A stretch of DNA of 32,000 bases from Bacillota bacterium (GTDB taxonomy: Bacteria > Bacillota > Clostridia > Acetivibrionales > DSM-1351). The position numbers were made by a program, and so were the translations under genes. This document shows, piece by piece, positions 27,413 to 32,000 of the stretch. The notes beneath the pieces are model-generated. The model had not been told where the DNA came from, did not search any database, and saw only the letters and a program-made list of their open reading frames with translations. The stretch spans positions 102,798 through 134,797 of the forward strand of contig JAEXFI010000041.1 of the NCBI GenBank assembly GCA_023400235.1, in the 5' to 3' direction. Every line of letters starts with the position of its first letter. Position 1 is the stretch's first letter.

Positions 27413-27422
27413 TTTGTCGAAA
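27413..27422 (+). promoter_or_regulatory. Spo0A box with extended consensus (TTTGTCGAAA) just downstream of the abrB -10
   Basis: Exact TTTGTCGAAA at 27413-27422. This position is analogous to the 0A boxes downstream of the B. subtilis abrB promoters. Confidence 0.6.
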
Positions 27423-27453
27423 TATGAAGTGTATAATTTAGGAGGTTATTTTT

Positions 27454-27693
27454 ATGAAATCTACAGGTATTGTAAGAAAAGTTGACGAATTGGGAAGAGT
27501 TGTTCTCCCTATCGAATTGCGCAGAACTTTTGATATTGCTGAAAAGGATGCATTGGAAATCTATGTTGATGAATCTACTATTATATTAAAGAAGTATGAG
27601 CCAGCATGTATCTTCTGCGGAAATGCCAAGGATGTACAGGTATACAAGGGAAAGAACATATGTCCTGAATGTATGAAAGAATTAAAGAAGTAA
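27454..27693 (+). CDS. abrB: Transition-state regulator AbrB (SpoVT/AbrB swapped-hairpin N-domain)
   Basis: MKSTGIVRKVDELGRVVLPIELRRTFDI, the canonical AbrB N-terminus. AGGAGG 8 nt upstream. Confidence 0.9.
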   Translation: MKSTGIVRKVDELGRVVLPIELRRTFDIAEKDALEIYVDESTIILKKYEPACIFCGNAKDVQVYKGKNICPECMKELKK

Positions 27694-27708
27694 TTTTTTA
27701 AGCACTAT

Positions 27709-27734
27709 AAAAAGAGCCAAGGCTCTTTTTTTTT
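27709..27734. terminator. Bidirectional terminator between the convergent abrB and rsmI
   Basis: AAAAAGAGC-CAAG-GCTCTTTTT followed by further T residues. The A-run on the other side serves the minus strand. Confidence 0.7.
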
Positions 27735-27783
27735 GCCCAAAATTGATTATGCCTGGTTATTCTTTAGCACAAATGCTGAGAGT

Positions 27784-28617
27784 TTATTTTTTCATAACCG
27801 AATTATAAACATCTCTTTTGTTCATTCCCCTGTCTTCCGCCACCTTCTTTATTGCCTCCTTTTTTGAAAGGCCCTCACCTGTATACCTTTCCACATGCTC
27901 CTCAATACTTATGTCAGCAAATTTATCCATCTCCTGTTCCAGTAGCACCTTTTGATCCTGGCCTTCAACGACCACAACAAACTCACCCTTGGGAGCTTCC
28001 GACTGATACCTTTCGGCTGCCTGGGACAGATTGCATCTTATTACCTCTTCATACCGTTTGGTAAGTTCCCTGGCAAGGGCTATCCGCCTATCTCCCCAGG
28101 CATTGTACATATCCTTGAGGGTATAGGGAAGCTTATGGGGAGCCTCATAAAATATTATTGTCCTGGTTTCGTCTTTAAGCTGTCTTAGCCTCTCCTGCCG
28201 GATTCTCTTGTTCATGGGAAGAAAGCCTTCAAATACAAACCTTCCCGTTGGCAGCCCTGATATGACCATTCCCGTGACTGCCGCCACAGGTCCGGGTATC
28301 ATTGTCACCTTTACCTCATTTTCTATGCAAAGCCTTACCAAATCCTCACCGGGATCGGATATTCCAGGGGTACCGGCATCCGATACCAATGCAATGTCTT
28401 TTCCCTGCAGCAGTTGCTCAATCAGATAATTGCCCTTTACTATCTTATTGTGCTCATAATAGCTTACCAGTGGTTTTTTTATTTCAAAGTGGTTCAGCAG
28501 TTTTATTGTCTGCCTGGTGTCCTCCGCAGCTATGAGCTCCACTTCCTTCAAGGTGTTGATTGCTCTTATGGTTATGTCCTGAAGATTTCCGATTGGTGTG
28601 GCAACCAGATACAGCAT
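27784..28617 (-). CDS. rsmI: 16S rRNA (cytidine1402-2'-O)-methyltransferase RsmI (YabC)
   Basis: MLYLVATPIGNLQDITIRAINTLKEVELIAAEDTR and SDAGTPGISDPG motifs. The ORF-track start at 28635 is a TTG, so I prefer ATG 28617. Confidence 0.9.
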   Translation of the reverse strand: MLYLVATPIGNLQDITIRAINTLKEVELIAAEDTRQTIKLLNHFEIKKPLVSYYEHNKIVKGNYLIEQLLQGKDIALVSDAGTPGISDPGEDLVRLCIENEVKVTMIPGPVAAVTGMVISGLPTGRFVFEGFLPMNKRIRQERLRQLKDETRTIIFYEAPHKLPYTLKDMYNAWGDRRIALARELTKRYEEVIRCNLSQAAERYQSEAPKGEFVVVVEGQDQKVLLEQEMDKFADISIEEHVERYTGEGLSKKEAIKKVAEDRGMNKRDVYNSVMKK

Positions 28618-28659
28618 TCCTTTTTCCCCGTCCAAGTTTCTCTTCCTTCCTGGCTTTTC

Positions 28660-29394
28660 TTACCTGCCATAAATTCTATTTATCTCCTGGGAATATGTCC
28701 CGTCGGCATTATATACATACAGGGGCTCCATCACCTTAAGTTCGGGCTTTCCGCCTCGGCTCCCCTTTATCAGTATCATTGTGGGTTTCTTGAAGGGCTT
28801 GGGATGAACCATCCTCAAATACTTGGGCTCAATGCCGAAGCTCCTCATACACCATACTATGTCAGCCAGTCTTTCAGGCCTGTGTACCATTGCCAGCTGT
28901 CCTCCGGGAGCAAGCAGAGCTCCCGCCGCCTCTACAACATCCTCCAGCGTACACAGTATCTCATGTCTTGATATAGCCTTGCTGTCACGAGGATTTACAA
29001 GTCCGCAGCCTTTGTTTGTATAGGGTGGATTTGATACCACTACATCGAAGCTGGACTTTCCAAAATACCTGCTATATTCCTTTACATCTCCGCATATTAT
29101 TTCAACCCTGTTTTCAAGGCCGTTGAGGCTCACACTTCTTGAAGCCATTTCTGCTACAGTCTCCTGTATTTCCAACCCCACAACAGCCGACGCCTGTGTT
29201 TTGCCTGCCAGCAAAATTGGTATTATGCCTGTGCCCGTCCCTATGTCCAGAACTCTGTGCCTCTTTTTAACATCTGCAAAATCAGACAGTAACACTGCAT
29301 CCACTCCAAAGCAAAAGGCCTTTGGGTCTTGTATGAGCTTTAGCCCGTTGAGCTGCAAATCATCTACTCTTTCATTGTCTTTTATCTCTACCAT
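28660..29394 (-). CDS. trmN6: tRNA1(Val) (adenine37-N6)-methyltransferase-like SAM methyltransferase (YabB/YfiC family)
   Basis: VLDIGTGTGIIPILLA (motif I) and VVSNPPY (NPPY catalytic motif). Synteny next to rsmI. Confidence 0.8.
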   Translation of the reverse strand: MVEIKDNERVDDLQLNGLKLIQDPKAFCFGVDAVLLSDFADVKKRHRVLDIGTGTGIIPILLAGKTQASAVVGLEIQETVAEMASRSVSLNGLENRVEIICGDVKEYSRYFGKSSFDVVVSNPPYTNKGCGLVNPRDSKAISRHEILCTLEDVVEAAGALLAPGGQLAMVHRPERLADIVWCMRSFGIEPKYLRMVHPKPFKKPTMILIKGSRGGKPELKVMEPLYVYNADGTYSQEINRIYGR

Positions 29395-29487
29395 GAAAAC
29401 TGCTTCCTTAGTAAAAAATTATTTCCTGTTATATCAATAGGTATAACCTGTAAATATTGCTTTCTCTAACCTTGGTACAATATGCTG

Positions 29488-29528
29488 AAAAAAAGGTCAG
29501 ATAAAGGCATTATGGCCTTTATCTGACC
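29488..29528 (-). terminator. Rho-independent terminator downstream of the ferredoxin gene
   Basis: Perfect 14-bp stem GGTCAGATAAAGGC / GCCTTTATCTGACC (29495-29528) with a 6-nt loop. The minus-strand transcript continues into UUUUUUU (29488-29494). Confidence 0.8.
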
Positions 29529-29543
29529 TTCATTACACAAAAA

Positions 29544-29714
29544 CTATTGCTGTTGAGGAGCATCAACAGGACATACGTTAGCACAAGCGCCGCACTCAAT
29601 GCAAGCATCAGCGTCTATTACATATACGCTATCACCAGCAGCTATACAGGATACTGGGCATTCTGATTCACATGCTCCACAGCTGATGCATGATTCATTA
29701 ATTAAATATGCCAT
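29544..29714 (-). CDS. 2x[4Fe-4S] clostridial-type ferredoxin (56 aa; below the ORF-track size cutoff)
   Basis: My translation: MAYLINESCISCGACESECPVSCIAAGDSVYVIDADACIECGACANVCPVDAPQQQ, with two CxxCxxCxxxCP motifs. AGGAGG 9 nt upstream of ATG 29714. Confidence 0.9.
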   Translation of the reverse strand: MAYLINESCISCGACESECPVSCIAAGDSVYVIDADACIECGACANVCPVDAPQQQ

Positions 29715-29775
29715 TTTAAAAACACCTCCTAGTATTTAAGAAAAAACAAGTCTTTGAAACATGTTTTTCGCTCTT

Positions 29776-29804
29776 ATTTTACCACCATTTATTGCAAATG
29801 ACAA
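29776..29804 (-). promoter_or_regulatory. Candidate sigma-A promoter for the ferredoxin gene
   Basis: Minus strand TTGTCA-N17-TAAAAT with TG at the extended -10 position (TGgTAAAAT). Confidence 0.5.
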
Positions 29805-29864
29805 ACTAAATTCAATATTTTTTTATTTGTCAAGGCCTTTATCAAGACCTAGACTAAAAAACCT

Positions 29865-30740
29865 TTAATCCTCCAACTGCTTTAACGCTTCCAGGTCAAT
29901 ATCCATGTCATCGTGCGCAGCCGCATTCCTTATGAGCTTGACTTCGCCTTCTTTGAAATTGTACACTCTCAGCTCGGTCTCCTTGCCGATATCCAGCTTT
30001 ATCTTAAGTATTTCCTTAAGAAGATTTACTTCCACTACAGTTCCCTGTCCCTCAGGGGTCTCAACAATTGCACCTGTTTTAGGAACTCTGTCCAACAAAT
30101 CCTCATAGGCTTCCTGCTCATATTTCAGACAGCACATAAGCCGTCCGCAGGTTCCTGATATCTTTGTGGGATTCAGTGAAAGAGACTGTTCCTTTGCCAT
30201 TTTTATTGAAACGGGCTGGAATTCACCCAAAAAAGAATTGCAGCAGAGGACTCTCCCGCAGATTCCAATCCCGCCCATCATTTTGGACTCATCCCGGACA
30301 CCTATCTGCCTAAGCTCTATTCTTGTCTTAAATACTGCCGCCAAATCCTTTACAAGCTCTCTGAAATCCACTCTGCCATCGGCAGTAAAATAGAAGAGCA
30401 CCTTGTTGTTGTCAAAGGTATATTCTACATCAATAAGCTTCATGTCCAGCTTATGGTCGCCTATCTTTTGCAGGCATATGCTGTAAGCATCCTTTTCCTT
30501 CCTGTCATTGTCCGCAGCATGGGCAATATCTTCGTCGGTTGCAAGGCGTATGACCTTCTTGAGAGGAGCTACTATTTCCGACTCTTCAACCTCCCTGTTA
30601 GGCACAACCACAAGTCCGAATTCTATTCCCCTGGCAGTCTCTACTATTACATTTTTGTTCAAATCTATAACCAGCTCTCCGGGATCGAAATAATAAATCT
30701 TCCCGGCTGTTTTAAACCTGACTCCAACAACTTTTACCAT
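29865..30740 (-). CDS. ricT: PSP1-domain protein RicT (YaaT)
   Basis: MVKVVGVRFKTAGKIYYFDPG... and the Cys-rich CGRVLCC...GTCGRLMCCLKYE typical of YaaT/PSP1. Start trimmed from TTG 30761 to ATG 30740 (AAGGA 8 nt upstream). Confidence 0.9.
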   Translation of the reverse strand: MVKVVGVRFKTAGKIYYFDPGELVIDLNKNVIVETARGIEFGLVVVPNREVEESEIVAPLKKVIRLATDEDIAHAADNDRKEKDAYSICLQKIGDHKLDMKLIDVEYTFDNNKVLFYFTADGRVDFRELVKDLAAVFKTRIELRQIGVRDESKMMGGIGICGRVLCCNSFLGEFQPVSIKMAKEQSLSLNPTKISGTCGRLMCCLKYEQEAYEDLLDRVPKTGAIVETPEGQGTVVEVNLLKEILKIKLDIGKETELRVYNFKEGEVKLIRNAAAHDDMDIDLEALKQLED

Positions 30741-30766
30741 TAATAAATTCCTTTCTATCAATACAC

Positions 30767-31744
30767 CTAAGAATTCTTATAGACATAAGAGTCTTTTATT
30801 TTCATCAGCATTACTTCTATTGCCAACTGAAAGTTTGCATTGTATTCAAGTCCCCTTTTGGCACTCCAAACTGCAGCAACGCACTTCAAAAGACAAGAAA
30901 GCTTCAAATTTGCGTTCTCAATTATCATATCTTTTTTATCGGAATTAATCAATATGTTATAATTCAAGGTCTGATTATATATGATTATATCCCTGAAAAA
31001 CAGAAGCATTATTTTTAATATAAATTCTATCTTGTCTGAATTCTTTTCAAATAATTCATATGTTTTAAAAACATCGCCCTTATCCGAAACAAGCAGTTGG
31101 TTTACAGAGTGCATTATTTCATTTCTGGTATCAAGGTAATCAGGCGATTGGCCCAGCTCAAGGGCCGTGCCCACTACACCGTCGGCATAGGATATGATAA
31201 AATCCCATTCAGGCCTTCTACCTCCGTATTTTTCCGTGAGGATACAGAGTATTTCTTCATCCGACAGCTTGTCAAACAAAATCCTCCGGCATCTTGACCT
31301 GACTGTTTGCGTCACCGAGGCCGAAGACTGCACCGTCAGTATGAAAACCACATACCGGGGAGGTTCCTCCAGGGATTTGAGCAAAGCATTTTGAGCTTGT
31401 ACCGTCATGCTGTCCGCATCATTGATAACTATAACTTTATATCTTGAATAAAGGGGTTTTATAACCAACCCCTTTAAAATACTTCTTATTTCATCAACTG
31501 CTATACTCTTATCCTTTAAATAAATTTCCTGAAAATCAGGATTGGAACCTTCTGCAAACAAGCGACAGGATTGACACTGGCAGCAATGCCCCAAACCTTT
31601 TTCGCACAAGAGCATTGAGGCAAATGTCAAAGCCGTTTCTCTCTTGCCTATGCCATCAGGCCCTTCAAATATATAGGCATGGCTCACACTATTTGTTTCC
31701 ATTGTTTTTTGCAAGCCTTCCAGTATTTTTTTATGCCCTAACAT
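30767..31744 (-). CDS. holB: DNA polymerase III subunit delta-prime
   Basis: SHAYIFEGPDGIGK Walker-A-like motif, zinc module CEKGLGHCCQCQSCRLF, and the LLKSLEEPP and SRC (sensor) motifs. Start trimmed from GTG 31771 to ATG 31744. Confidence 0.9.
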   Translation of the reverse strand: MLGHKKILEGLQKTMETNSVSHAYIFEGPDGIGKRETALTFASMLLCEKGLGHCCQCQSCRLFAEGSNPDFQEIYLKDKSIAVDEIRSILKGLVIKPLYSRYKVIVINDADSMTVQAQNALLKSLEEPPRYVVFILTVQSSASVTQTVRSRCRRILFDKLSDEEILCILTEKYGGRRPEWDFIISYADGVVGTALELGQSPDYLDTRNEIMHSVNQLLVSDKGDVFKTYELFEKNSDKIEFILKIMLLFFRDIIIYNQTLNYNILINSDKKDMIIENANLKLSCLLKCVAAVWSAKRGLEYNANFQLAIEVMLMKIKDSYVYKNS

Positions 31745-31848
31745 AATTATTTCCATGCCCCCACTTCGCACAAAACTCCATGAAAGTCACGGCATGGAAT
31801 CGGTGCCACATTTTTATCTGTATCAAAATTTCTATTAACCTTCTCTCC
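31745..31848 (-). repeat. Leader repeat, copy 3 (abuts the holB start codon)
   Basis: Identical to copy 1 across the about 75-nt core. It differs only in the 5' (upstream) third and at one base next to the ATG. Confidence 0.9.
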
Positions 31849-31936
31849 ATCCTGCTGGCGCCCGCTCCAACCACTAATGATAAAAAGCTTGTTTCCAGCC
31901 ATTAAAGCTCCCGGCACAGACGGCTTGCCCAAAAAA

Positions 31937-32000
31937 CTAGAGCAGCAAATCTAAAATCAAGCCCCTTATATCATCAAGTTTTTTCAGTATACTGAGATTA
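31937..32000 (-). CDS. 3' end of an unidentified upstream gene (21 codons visible)
   Basis: Minus-strand frame reads NLSILKKLDDIRGLILDLLL then stop (TAG at 31939-31937). Too short to identify. Confidence 0.3.
   Translation of the reverse strand, partial: NLSILKKLDDIRGLILDLLL

Noticed and set aside
31747-31932. 61-aa minus-strand ORF upstream of holB, and 62-aa ORF 21377..21565
   Set aside because: Both read through the leader repeat but in different frames in different copies, so the repeat is not conserved as protein in those frames.

Overview
Low-GC Firmicutes (Clostridia-like) chromosomal window. I can support 32 protein-coding genes, two of them partial at the window edges, and 29 lie on the minus strand. 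I recognised no rRNA, tRNA or CRISPR array. The right two thirds (15.5-31.7 kb) match the origin-proximal housekeeping block known from Bacillus subtilis (holB-yaaT/ricT-yabB-yabC/rsmI-abrB-metS-yabD/tatD-yabE-ksgA), interrupted by lineage-specific insertions: a ferredoxin, a ytpB-like gene plus spmAB, a coiled-coil membrane protein, and a KhtTU-like K+/H+ antiporter plus a YitT-like gene. The left half carries hflX (partial), dut, a long U32 peptidase with an alkaline-phosphatase-family metalloenzyme, zapA, a hemerythrin, an acidic-linker hypothetical protein, and a cheY-cheA-cheW-mcp-cheR-HD-GYP gene run. Two things stand out. (1) A self-contained putative invertible cassette (14536-15425) holds a 186-aa catalytic-domain-only tyrosine recombinase. 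It is bracketed by two 32-bp palindromic core-type sites in inverted orientation, and the left site sits 58 nt upstream of cheY. A consensus -10 box reads out of the end currently distal to cheY. (2) A ~100-nt element occurs three times (16359-16464, 21472-21577, 31745-31848). Each copy is on the minus strand and fused directly to the start codon of an unrelated gene (rsmA/ksgA, a coiled-coil membrane protein, holB). The element supplies the G-rich SD and can fold into two mutually exclusive helices. It explains the artefactual shared MRSGGMEIIM N-termini in the ORF track. Smaller observations: five exactly 10-bp-phased repeats in a 537-bp intergenic region upstream of the KhtT-like gene, four perfect Spo0A boxes around the abrB promoter, and several promoters and terminators.
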